Shown here piece after piece: positions 1 through 10,168 of a stretch of DNA of 16,114 bases. Source of the DNA: a candidate division FCPU426 bacterium (lineage in GTDB: Bacteria > Oederibacteriota > JAAXVQ01 > JAUVAV01); NCBI GenBank assembly GCA_030637655.1, contig DAOWGI010000079.1:1-16114 (forward strand), written 5' to 3'. Numbering within the stretch: the first letter of the stretch is position 1; each line of letters opens with the position of its first letter. The notes under the pieces are model-generated. The model was not told where the DNA came from and made no database searches. It saw only the letters and a list, made by a program, of their open reading frames with translations. Both the position numbers and the translations under genes were made by a program.

Positions 1-37
1 CAACATCCTTAACTGAAAGTACTTCTCTATTTAGATC

Positions 38-131
38 GTCATTCCTGCATGTTTTTAGCAGGAATCCAGTGGCTTTGATCTTTAAATGCTTTAAAGTCAC
101 TGGATCCCGGCTTAATGATTGCCGGGATGAC
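38..131. repeat. GTCATT...ATGAC three-hairpin palindromic (REP/RPE-like) element, copy 1
   Basis: Terminal GTCAT(38-42)/ATGAC(127-131). Hairpins: ATTCCTGC(41-48)/GCAGGAAT(58-65); CCAGTGGCTTT(66-76)/AAAGTCACTGG(93-103, one G:U); ATCCCGGC(104-111)/GCCGGGAT(121-128). Same architecture as 5828-5935 and 15948-16057. Confidence 0.85.
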
Positions 132-276
132 AACGCGTGGATCATCCTTTTAATAACAAGATATCTATTATCTTTTCGTCAACATGTTGCACTTGTGGTT
201 ACAATTCAGCTTTACTAGCTGTTTTCCTGAAATAAATCCGCAGTTCTGTGCGTCTTGATAATATATCTTCGCACAA

Positions 277-305
277 TTGACAAGCTGGTGGTTCTATGCC
301 AAAAT
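277..305 (+). promoter_or_regulatory. Putative sigma70 promoter of the SDR gene
   Basis: TTGACA (277-282), 17-bp spacer ending in TGc, CAAAAT (300-305), about 40 bp upstream of the ATG at 343. Confidence 0.55.
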
Positions 306-342
306 TCACGCAATTCAAGCCAATCCAGGGGGAGATGAACAA

Positions 343-1182
343 ATGAAAAAAGCAGTTCTTATAACAGGTGCTTCAGCAGGCATTGGTCTGGCCACAGCCA
401 AATATCTGGCAGACCAGGGATATCAGGTGTTTGGCACTACGCGCTCCATTACCAAACGCCAAGCTGTGGTGGATGAAGCCAAAGCTAAGTATGGAGATCA
501 GCTCCAATTCATCGAGCTGGATGTGACCAAAGATGAATCAGTCAAATCCGCCATTTCTGATGTCATGAACAAAGCCGGGCACCTGGATGCTGTGGTTTGC
601 AATGCCGGTTCCGGCATTTACGGCACTGTCGAAGAGATGCCCATGGCAATGGTCTACTCTCAATTCGAGACCAACTATTTTGGATATCTGCGTGTACTCC
701 AGGCTGTGATCCCCTCTATGCGGGAAAGAAAAGCCGGACATATTGTACTGCTCAGTTCACTCGGTGGTGTGGTTTGTGTTCCCTTTCAATCCCATTACTC
801 TGCCGGTAAATATGCCGTGGAAGGGCTTACCCAGGGATTGCGCCAGGAATTGTACGGCACAGGTGTAAAAGTAGCTGCAATCCGGCCAGGTGATATCCAG
901 ACTGAATTCAACGATACAACCTATCTGAATATTCCGGAAAATTCTCCGTATAAAAAACGCTGCCAGGCCTGCTGGGATGTGATTAATAAAAATATGAAGA
1001 TCGCACCCAAACCCATTCTAGTAGCTAAAAAAATTCATAAAGTGCTCAAAAGCAAAAATCCCAAGGCCTACTACACTGCCGCGGATTTTGTTTCCAGCCT
1101 GCTTCCCATATTATTTCCGCTCATGACTTCCAAACTTAAGGAAAAGATACTTCGGATTTTCTACGGAATTGATTTTAAATAA
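343..1182 (+). CDS. Short-chain dehydrogenase/reductase (SDR family oxidoreductase)
   Basis: TGASAGIG Rossmann motif, CNAG, catalytic S and YSAGK (YxxxK), IRPG. ATG at 343 follows GGGGAG; the TTG at 277 is more likely the -35 box than a start codon. Confidence 0.93.
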   Translation: MKKAVLITGASAGIGLATAKYLADQGYQVFGTTRSITKRQAVVDEAKAKYGDQLQFIELDVTKDESVKSAISDVMNKAGHLDAVVCNAGSGIYGTVEEMPMAMVYSQFETNYFGYLRVLQAVIPSMRERKAGHIVLLSSLGGVVCVPFQSHYSAGKYAVEGLTQGLRQELYGTGVKVAAIRPGDIQTEFNDTTYLNIPENSPYKKRCQACWDVINKNMKIAPKPILVAKKIHKVLKSKNPKAYYTAADFVSSLLPILFPLMTSKLKEKILRIFYGIDFK

Positions 1183-1236
1183 TAGATGAATATAAATTAT
1201 CAAATACTCTTTTATTTCATCAAGCCCAATCCCGGT

Positions 1237-2151
1237 TCATTTCGAAATCATTTGCACGCCTGGCAAGCGGGGTATTTTTATTATTCCGATTTTATTTTGT
1301 GTTTCGGAATTGACGTATAGAATTAATTTGCGTGGATATTCCACTGGTGGTCTCTTGCCTGGGCGCATAGCTTTCTGCGCTAATTCCGCCGTTTGCATAC
1401 CCATATCCCGATAATCGACCGAGAGTGCCGCAAAAGCGCCTGCTTTCACATGATATTGCGATAAAGCCATAAAAGGAATCTTTTCCCTTAATGAATGTTT
1501 GATTAAAATCTGAATAGCTTTTGGTTTGCCTACCGTTCGATCCACCACGGACCACAATACGCTGATTTCGTCCTTAGTAAGTTTTTGCAGGACTTCGGTA
1601 ATATCAGCTTGATTTTGGATCGCGATAGGAGTCAGGTTCATTCCCAATTCTTTAACAATCCGACGTGCTTGATTGATCGCCGCCCCGGAATAATGCAGAT
1701 TATAAATAACCCCGATCCTCTTGTTTTCAGGAAACAATTGTTTGATCACTTCCAATTGCTTCTTCATGTTCACCTGTATAAGCAGGCCACTAACAACGTT
1801 TTTTTTTGGGGGGGGCTGTTTCAGAACCATGCTGTAGATCATTGGAACCGAGGTCAAGTATTTCACAGCCATCATTGTTGCTTCAGACCCAATGGTCACG
1901 ACGAGCGAAGTTGCATCAGAAGAAATATTTTGCATAATCTGCCGGCCTTTGACCGCATCCCCCCGCATGTTCAGCTTTTGCACTTCCATGGCGGAAGCCT
2001 CGACAAACCCATCCCAGGCTTGCTCATAGGGAACCAACGACCGGCCGAGAACAACGGTGATTTTTTCCGCCCAAGTTGCTGAATGTATACTACTCAGAAC
2101 AGTACAGATTAACCAGCACTTCACCATGCGTTTCAAAATTTCTCCCAGCAT
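1237..2151 (-). CDS. ABC-transporter-type substrate-binding protein (ABC_sub_bind/COG2984-like); start uncertain (2187/2151/2127)
   Basis: N-terminal signal-like segment (CWLICTVLSSIHSATWA). Family-like motifs LVVTIGSEA, PMIYSMV, KRIGVIYN, VKAGAFAALSVDYRDMGMQTAELA, LYVN. Confidence 0.8.
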   Translation of the reverse strand: MLGEILKRMVKCWLICTVLSSIHSATWAEKITVVLGRSLVPYEQAWDGFVEASAMEVQKLNMRGDAVKGRQIMQNISSDATSLVVTIGSEATMMAVKYLTSVPMIYSMVLKQPPPKKNVVSGLLIQVNMKKQLEVIKQLFPENKRIGVIYNLHYSGAAINQARRIVKELGMNLTPIAIQNQADITEVLQKLTKDEISVLWSVVDRTVGKPKAIQILIKHSLREKIPFMALSQYHVKAGAFAALSVDYRDMGMQTAELAQKAMRPGKRPPVEYPRKLILYVNSETQNKIGIIKIPRLPGVQMISK

Positions 2152-2282
2152 GCCTTTATTTTCATTCCAAAGCGGCGTTTCAAACATTCTATACAAACCC
2201 TCTACCGATTACGCCGATATTTTTGTAAATCCAAGCAAACTAAATTTGCCGTGATACCCGCCTGGATAGTAATCATCCGGAC

Positions 2283-3575
2283 TCAGAATTCAAATACTAC
2301 TTCACCCGAAAAACCATTATTTGCTAATTCAGGCCCATAAGGCTCGGTGGTAACTTGATAGGATGTTTTAATAATCCAGCCTTTAAATGGAGAATACCGA
2401 AGACCTGCCGAAAACGACGTGCGGTATCCCTTGCGTGTCGGGTCTTCTTTCCATGAATCAAAGTGTTCATACCGGATAACCGGCTGCAAAAATTTAATGT
2501 AATTCCTGTTTTTTAAAATTGTATAACCGGCGGACACATATCCGGAAAATTGGGTGACAATACCGTTATTTGGAGTTCCGAACTTGATTTGACCATATTC
2601 GCCCACCAAGGTAATCCTTTCCCAATCCAACAATAAATGACCGAATATATATTGGGCAAAGTGCTGATCCTCCGGATCCCATTTGGCATTTAAATATGAC
2701 CCACCAACTATAAAATCATTCCAGGGCACAATAGAATATCGGACCGCAACCGGTTTGTCGTGATTGCCGTCATGTGCCTGGCGTGCCAGAGAGTGAAAGT
2801 TTTCATACATATAGCCATCCGCATTGGGGGTGATGGCTGAGGTACTGCTAATTCCCGGGCCGTCGGTTACGGAAACATCCAGCATCATTTTGCCGGATGA
2901 AGAAAGCAGGGTCATAGGAATCTCGCAATGCCCGAAGGCTCCGTTATCCCACCAACCGGTATAGCGGATTACGCTCCAATGAAGAAAAGGTGGAATGGTA
3001 AAGAGTTTGTATTTGGAAGTGGGGTAATATAATTCATCCTGCATCCCAACAATGCCGAAATCACGTCCCAACGACAACCGGAATATGTTTGTCGGCTGCC
3101 AGATACCCCGTAATCTGCAAATTTTTAATTTGCTTCCCTTGTACAGTTCAAATTCCGCTTCTACTTTCATATCTTTATGAATTTTTGAAGACAGGTCTAT
3201 GTAACCGCTGTAGGGAATAATGTCACTATGACCCGTTGAAGCATGACCTTGATTGGCATATTTGCCTAGCGCCTGATATTCATAGTTCCAGTATTGGATG
3301 GAAAGATAAATATGAACATCTATTGCACTGGAGGCAAAACCATAAGGCAGAGCAAACATATCCATTTCAGAATAAAACTCCTGCTCCTGTTTTGCAAATA
3401 CTGATGTTTCCTGAGTTTCCTGAGTTTCCTGAGTTTCCTGAGTTTCCTGAGTTTTTTGAGTTACCTGAGTTCCAGGCGTTTCCTGCGTTCCTGATGCTTG
3501 ATCACCGGGATTTTGTGCATATAACCGCGAAACTATAAATCCCATAATAAGAATTATACCTATAATTTTTTTCAT
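2283..3575 (-). CDS. Putative outer-membrane beta-barrel/porin-like protein with N-terminal QET repeat linker
   Basis: AAGGGGG RBS then MKKIIGIILIMGFIVSRLYA signal peptide. Aromatic-rich amphipathic strands (GYVSAGYT, PVIRYEHFD, FSAGLRYSP, IIKTSYQ); C-terminal VVFEF with terminal Phe. Confidence 0.72.
   Translation of the reverse strand: MKKIIGIILIMGFIVSRLYAQNPGDQASGTQETPGTQVTQKTQETQETQETQETQETSVFAKQEQEFYSEMDMFALPYGFASSAIDVHIYLSIQYWNYEYQALGKYANQGHASTGHSDIIPYSGYIDLSSKIHKDMKVEAEFELYKGSKLKICRLRGIWQPTNIFRLSLGRDFGIVGMQDELYYPTSKYKLFTIPPFLHWSVIRYTGWWDNGAFGHCEIPMTLLSSSGKMMLDVSVTDGPGISSTSAITPNADGYMYENFHSLARQAHDGNHDKPVAVRYSIVPWNDFIVGGSYLNAKWDPEDQHFAQYIFGHLLLDWERITLVGEYGQIKFGTPNNGIVTQFSGYVSAGYTILKNRNYIKFLQPVIRYEHFDSWKEDPTRKGYRTSFSAGLRYSPFKGWIIKTSYQVTTEPYGPELANNGFSGEVVFEF
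3406..3486. repeat. 9-bp tandem repeat (GTTTCCTGA)x5 plus 4 degenerate units, encoding (TQE)n
   Basis: Five exact units at 3406-3450, then GTTTTTTGA, GTTACCTGA, GTTCCAGGC, GTTTCCTGC. Confidence 0.95.
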
Positions 3576-3676
3576 ACATTTTCCCCCTTTTTTAATCCGG
3601 CATTTTAAAAAATCATACTCCCTTTTATTTTTAAATCTCAAACCTTTTTTTCAAAGAAAGGATCGGCCCTATATTA

Positions 3677-5698
<2,022 letters not shown>

Positions 5699-5766
5699 TT
5701 AAGGTGTTGTGTTAATTCCTAAATAGTTCCTGTTGCGGAAAGCGATTTTCAAGCAATTATGTCATT

Positions 5767-5810
5767 CCCCGACTGGAAAGGAATATTTAATACTGGGACG
5801 TTTTAGGCAG
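5767..5810. repeat. Micro-insert copy A (44 bp)
   Basis: CCCCGACTGGAAAGGAATATTTAATACTGGGACGTTTTAGGCAG lies between GTCATT and CCCGCATGCC. Confidence 0.7.
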
Positions 5811-5833
5811 CCCGCATGCCTTTTTTTGTCATT

Positions 5834-5870
5834 CCCCGACCGGAAAAAATATATAGGGACGCTGGCGCAG
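5834..5870. repeat. Micro-insert copy B (37 bp)
   Basis: CCCCGACCGGAAAAAATATATAGGGACGCTGGCGCAG lies between GTCATT and CCCGAGGG; removing it restores GTCATTCCCGAGGGTTTAATCGGGAATCC. Confidence 0.8.
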
Positions 5871-5997
5871 CCCGAGGGTTTAATCGGGAATCCGGTTTTT
5901 AAACCATATCCCCGATACAAGCGTTCGGGGATGACAAACTAAAAAAACGCTTCACTGACCTGTTACCACCTTTAAGGTATTGTGCTTTTGTTGACAT

Positions 5998-6023
5998 CCG
6001 GTGTATTATACCAGTGTATTATA
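5998..6023 (-). promoter_or_regulatory. Putative extended -10 promoter for ligA within a 13-bp tandem duplication
   Basis: The minus strand reads TATAATACACTGGTATAATACACCGG: two perfect TATAAT hexamers, the second preceded by TGG (TGnTATAAT, 6005-6013). Confidence 0.5.
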
Positions 6024-6103
6024 TATGAAAATTAGAATTGCAATATTAAAAAATTCAGTGTACATATACCTTGCATCTATTTTCTAAAAGGAGACCCGCC
6101 CTT

Positions 6104-6967
6104 ATGTTTAATACCTGCCAAAAATCACTGACTATTTCCTGTCTGCTATTGGCAATGCTTTTTAGCGGTTGTGCCATTACACCGAAAAAGCCGGAACTAA
6201 AAAAAGTGGCCCTGGTCTTAGGCGGAGGCGGCGCCCGGGGTTTTGCCCATGTAGGTGTGATCCGCGAATTGGAAAGCGCCGGCATTCCTATTGATATGAT
6301 CGTGGGTGTGAGCGTGGGCAGTTTAATCGGCGCGTTGTACGCGGATACCAAAGACTCTTTTAAACTGGAATGGAAATCTTTTAAAATCCAGAAAAAGGAG
6401 ATTTTCGACTTCAAAGTATTTAACATCGCCGAAGGACTGGCCAAAGGGGCTGCCATTAAAAAATATATTGATGAAAATATTGAAACCCGGTTTCTTGAGG
6501 ATTTGAAAATTCCTCTGGCTGTAGTAGCTGTGGATATCAATACCGGAGAACCGGTGATCTTCCAAACCGGTCGTATCCGGGACGCGGTCCGGGCCAGTAT
6601 CTCAGTACCCGGTGTATTTGCCCCTGTGATTCACGAAGACAAAATTCTGGTAGACGGCGGTGTGCTGGGTAATTTGGCTCCCCAGGTTGCCCGGGAAATG
6701 GGTGCGGATATTATCATTGGAGTGAATATTGCCAAACCGCGCAGGAGTTTCACCAGTACACCTAATGCCTTAACCGTTATTCTTGAATCCATTGATATTA
6801 TGGGAGGAGAGATCGTCCGTTTAAAAGAACAGGAATTCGATTTTCTGATCCGGCCCGATGTGGGTGATATAGGCATCACGGATTTCACCCGTAAAAAAGA
6901 GCTTATTGAGGCTGGCCGGCAGGCCACCAAGCAAATTCTCTCACAGATTAAACACGCCACCCAGTAA
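6104..6967 (+). CDS. Patatin-like phospholipase (RssA/NTE-like), predicted lipoprotein
   Basis: LVLGGGGARG oxyanion motif, GVSVG nucleophile elbow, AVRASISVPGVF, LVDGG. Lipobox LFSGC; AAAGGAGA RBS before ATG 6104. Confidence 0.93.
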   Translation: MFNTCQKSLTISCLLLAMLFSGCAITPKKPELKKVALVLGGGGARGFAHVGVIRELESAGIPIDMIVGVSVGSLIGALYADTKDSFKLEWKSFKIQKKEIFDFKVFNIAEGLAKGAAIKKYIDENIETRFLEDLKIPLAVVAVDINTGEPVIFQTGRIRDAVRASISVPGVFAPVIHEDKILVDGGVLGNLAPQVAREMGADIIIGVNIAKPRRSFTSTPNALTVILESIDIMGGEIVRLKEQEFDFLIRPDVGDIGITDFTRKKELIEAGRQATKQILSQIKHATQ

Positions 6968-6989
6968 CAGCGTTTTTACCCCTTAATTT

Positions 6990-7850
6990 CTACTTTTGAC
7001 ATTTCGGACACCAGTGCGTGCCCCGCTGCGCCACTACAGCTTTGCGTATTTTCGTGCTACACTTGAAACACCGTTCATCTTTCCTGCCATACACTTGCAA
7101 GTATTTTTGAAATCCTCCGCGTCTGCTCTCCGGATCATAATAATCCGAGAACGTGGTTCCCCGAAAACGGATGCCGGCTTTCAAAACTGCCTGGATCGCA
7201 GCATGCAAAGCGTTGATCTTTTTCTTCGAAACAGCACCGGCCATACGCTGCGGTGCCAAACCGGCTCGAAAGAGCGCCTCGTCAACATAAATATTCCCTA
7301 AGCCTGCGACAACCTTTTGATTCAACAAAGCCGCCTTGAGCCCGGCTTTTTTTCCGCGCAATCCCTGTTGCAAGACTTCAGGAGTAAAGGCTTTTCCCAA
7401 TGGTTCCGGCCCTAAGCGCTGAAAAAACACAGTCTCTTGTTCTGAGGCTAAATAACGCAACCGCCCAAATTTCCGAATATCCCGGAAAAACAATCGCTTT
7501 CCTTTGGACAAGTTCAGTATTAAATGAGTATGCTTATCCGGCAAAGAAGGCCATCCACTGCCAAGCCGTTCACCTTGGCGCGCCACAAACAATTGCCCGG
7601 TCATGCCCAAGTGAAAAACAAGACTTCCTTGGTCCAAGTCAGCGATCAAATACTTCGCACGGCGGCGCAGCCGAATAATAGTACGACCTTGTAGTTGCCG
7701 CACAAACTGTTTGGCTTGGGAGCGAGGATTTTGTGCCCATCGAGAGGCTGCCATTTTGGGAACCCGAAGATCAGCCCTGATAATTTTCAAACCTGTTATT
7801 TTTTTCTCCAGCACTTGCCGGATGGTTTCCACTTCAGGCAATTCAGGCAT
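6990..7850 (-). CDS. mutM: Formamidopyrimidine-DNA glycosylase/AP lyase
   Basis: N-terminal MPELPEVET, RRAKYL, HLGMTG, DIRKFG, GLGNIYVDE (H2TH), C-terminal CFKC...CPKCQ zinc finger. Confidence 0.98.
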   Translation of the reverse strand: MPELPEVETIRQVLEKKITGLKIIRADLRVPKMAASRWAQNPRSQAKQFVRQLQGRTIIRLRRRAKYLIADLDQGSLVFHLGMTGQLFVARQGERLGSGWPSLPDKHTHLILNLSKGKRLFFRDIRKFGRLRYLASEQETVFFQRLGPEPLGKAFTPEVLQQGLRGKKAGLKAALLNQKVVAGLGNIYVDEALFRAGLAPQRMAGAVSKKKINALHAAIQAVLKAGIRFRGTTFSDYYDPESRRGGFQKYLQVYGRKDERCFKCSTKIRKAVVAQRGTHWCPKCQK

Positions 7851-7872
7851 GTTTATTCACCCTTCAATTCCC

Positions 7873-7910
7873 CCGCTTCATCCCCGGCCTTTAGGCCGGG
7901 GAATTCGCGG
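7873..7910. mobile_element. IS200/IS605-end-like GC-rich hairpin (remnant)
   Basis: TCCCCGGCC-TTTA-GGCCGGGGA (7881-7902) preceded by CGCTTCA; resembles, from memory, subterminal hairpins of IS200/IS605 elements. Confidence 0.5.
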
Positions 7911-8447
7911 TGGCATATTAAGCGAGAAGCGGCAACCGCAGTAATTCTGACGGTACAGCTCCAAATCATTGGATATTTGCAAACTGCGTTTAAAACCACC
8001 CTGCTTTTTAAAATCAAGTTCCAGAAACTTCACGCCACAGGTCTGTGCTGCAGTTTGACCTGCCAACATAATCATAGCGGATACTTTGTGCGGCGAAATA
8101 GTTAAGGTAGTGGTAAAAAACGGAAAATCCAATTCTTTTGTCTTGGCTGCTGCGGCTTGGAGATTATAGGTAAAACAAGCAGCGCAGCGCAAGCCACGTT
8201 CCGGTTCGTTTTCCAATCCCTGGACAGCTTGCAGCCATTCTTTAGGCTCATATTCCGGAGCAATCAGAAGAAATCCCAGTGCAGCGGCTGCCTTTTCCGC
8301 TTCTGCCAGGCGTTTCCGATATTCCGAGACCGGATGAATATTGGGATTATGGAAAAAACCTACTACTTCATACTCCGGAGATAAGCGCTCAAAAACTGCA
8401 GTCGCGTCCGGAGCACAACATATGTGGAGCAAAACTCTCTCTTTCAT
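7878..8447 (-). CDS. queH: Epoxyqueuosine reductase QueH (DUF208)
   Basis: LLHICCAPD, NPNIHP, EPERGLRCAACF, FTTTLTISPHK, DFKKQGGF, LYRQNYCGC. Confidence 0.95.
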   Translation of the reverse strand: MKERVLLHICCAPDATAVFERLSPEYEVVGFFHNPNIHPVSEYRKRLAEAEKAAAALGFLLIAPEYEPKEWLQAVQGLENEPERGLRCAACFTYNLQAAAAKTKELDFPFFTTTLTISPHKVSAMIMLAGQTAAQTCGVKFLELDFKKQGGFKRSLQISNDLELYRQNYCGCRFSLNMPPRIPRPKGRG

Positions 8448-8555
8448 GGATACATCTTCCCTTTGTTACTCAAAAGTGTTACAAATTATAGCTGGACTGA
8501 GTAATCATAGGCAAGTAATAAAATAGGGAATGCCTCCCTAAAAAAGGATTCCACA

Positions 8556-10052
8556 GTGCTGATCAAAACCGATCCTGCCATCATTGCCGGATACTTGGAA
8601 GATGCCTCAGGCTATACTGAAGGCTGCGCGACACAGGTGGTCATTCCGGAAACTGAGGCGGAAATCGCCGAATATCTGAACGCTGCCTCCCAGCGCCGGG
8701 AAGCAATCACGATTTCCGGAGGCCGGACCGGCGTGACAGCCGGTTGTGTTCCGCAAAATGGCAGTATTCTTTCCTTGGAACGCTTTGATCAACTGGGTAA
8801 TATTGAAAAAACTCCTGACGGCGGTAGTATCCTGGCTCAATCCGCAGTTCGGTTGGATACCTTGAAAGCAACTGCCCTGGCTGCCCGGCTTTTATACGGA
8901 CCGGATCCCACTGAAAGAACCGGAACCCTGGGCGGCAATGTAGCTACCAATGCCAGCGGAGGACAGTGTTTTAAATACGGGACTACGCGCGAACATGTTT
9001 TAGGGCTCACTATGATCCTGAGCACCGGCGAAAAACTTCGATTGGAGAGAGGGCAATCCCTATGTAAAAATAACATTCTGCGTTTCCCGCTTGATTCCGG
9101 TCGAAATATAGAATGCCAACGGCCGCAGTTACCAACACTTAAGGTTGATAAAAATGCTGCCGGATACTATTCCACACCGGAAATGGATGCTTTGGATCTT
9201 CTTATTGGTATGGATGGCACTTTAGGTGTGATCACGGAAATCAAACTCAAATTGCTGCCGGCTCCTGCCGGAATATTTTCTTTGGTCATCTTTTTCCCCA
9301 CCCAAGCTGCTGCTTTGGAGTGTGCCGGCCAGATCCGCAATTCCAGCCAGGGGAACCAACCAATCGCGGGAATTGCACCCGCTTCCCTGGAATTTATGGA
9401 CATCCATTCCTTGAATTTACTCAAACCGAATTTTTCCACAATTCCAGCTGTTGGCCAGGCTGCCCTGCTCATTGAGCAAGAGCATACGCTAGAGAGTGAA
9501 GGACAGGCCTTAAGCCATTGGTTTGACTATTGTACGGATCTGAACGTCCCGGAAAACCTGATATGGTTTGCGCAGACCGAAAAAGACCGTGAGCGTATAC
9601 GCGCTTTTCGACACGCTCTACCGGAAGTTGTAAACACGATCGTTCGCCAACGAAAATTCAGAAAGGTCGGCACTGATATGGCAGTCCCGGAATCCGAATT
9701 TCCCGGCATGTTCGAAGTGTATGCGCAAGGATTAAATGCTTCCGGTCTGGAGTACTTAATCTTTGGTCATATTGGAGAATGCCATTTGCATGTCAATGTA
9801 CTTCCGAAAACACAAGCTGAATTTGACCAAGCCAAAGCCATGTATCTGAATTTCGCTCAACAAGCTGTCCAACGCGGAGGCACGGTAAGCGCTGAACATG
9901 GCATTGGTAAAATCAAGCATGATTTTTTCCAGCTTATGGTTGGCGCACATGGGTTTCAGGAAATTGCCCGGGTAAAACGCTGTTTTGATCCGGCCCTGAT
10001 CTTAAATCGAAATAATATTTTTCCAGAACACTTTCTAGGAGCCTTAATATGA
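8556..10052 (+). CDS. FAD-linked oxidase / D-2-hydroxyacid dehydrogenase-like (GlcD family)
   Basis: GGRTG, PDPT...TLGGNVATNASG...KYG, LLIGMDGTLGVIT, FGHIGECHLH, SAEHGIGKIK. GTG start after AAGGA. Confidence 0.92.
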   Translation: MLIKTDPAIIAGYLEDASGYTEGCATQVVIPETEAEIAEYLNAASQRREAITISGGRTGVTAGCVPQNGSILSLERFDQLGNIEKTPDGGSILAQSAVRLDTLKATALAARLLYGPDPTERTGTLGGNVATNASGGQCFKYGTTREHVLGLTMILSTGEKLRLERGQSLCKNNILRFPLDSGRNIECQRPQLPTLKVDKNAAGYYSTPEMDALDLLIGMDGTLGVITEIKLKLLPAPAGIFSLVIFFPTQAAALECAGQIRNSSQGNQPIAGIAPASLEFMDIHSLNLLKPNFSTIPAVGQAALLIEQEHTLESEGQALSHWFDYCTDLNVPENLIWFAQTEKDRERIRAFRHALPEVVNTIVRQRKFRKVGTDMAVPESEFPGMFEVYAQGLNASGLEYLIFGHIGECHLHVNVLPKTQAEFDQAKAMYLNFAQQAVQRGGTVSAEHGIGKIKHDFFQLMVGAHGFQEIARVKRCFDPALILNRNNIFPEHFLGALI

Positions 10053-10110
10053 TCCGCAGCTTGTTCCTGCTACAGGTAAAAAAATAATTTAAACATTTAT
10101 CCGGTTTTCT

Positions 10111-10139
10111 TTGACATTCCTTTTCTCATCCCCCACAAT
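10111..10139 (+). promoter_or_regulatory. Putative sigma70 promoter of pncA-pncB
   Basis: TTGACA (10111-10116), 17 bp, CACAAT (10134-10139); AGGAGG RBS at 10155-10160. Confidence 0.6.
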
Positions 10140-10168
10140 ATATGTATTCCCAACAGGAGGAATATTAC

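Larger units (their letters stand above)
5726..5966. mobile_element. Composite MITE-like element with intact right end and degenerate left end; left boundary approximate
   Basis: Right end ACTGACCTGTTAC (5954-5966) matches the 16080-16092 TIR at 12/13. Contains a partial palindrome (5761-5827) and a full palindrome (5828-5935) closely similar to 15948-16057. Confidence 0.75.

Noticed and set aside
3236-3538. Plus-strand ORF with FPE repeats
   Set aside because: Antisense shadow of the QET repeat in the barrel gene.
3576-3625. SD-like sequence and 3-codon mini-ORFs (MIF, MPD) upstream of the barrel gene
   Set aside because: Too short to support; no evidence of function.
5761-5870. Two GTCATTCCCCGAC-starting units 67 bp apart, superficially like a CRISPR array
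   Set aside because: Only two units, the would-be spacers are homologous to each other, there are no cas genes, and the pattern is explained by palindrome plus micro-insert.
5733-5942. 69-aa ORF, and similarly 15761-16024 (87 aa), sharing peptide fragments
   Set aside because: Translations of the non-coding repeat elements; no convincing RBS and no transposase motifs.
8464-8540. TGTTAC direct repeats, a TTACTCA/TGAGTAA dyad and a TAGGGA/TCCCTA hairpin between queH and the FAD oxidase
   Set aside because: Short matches in AT-rich DNA with no paired TIR or TSD; cannot be distinguished from chance.
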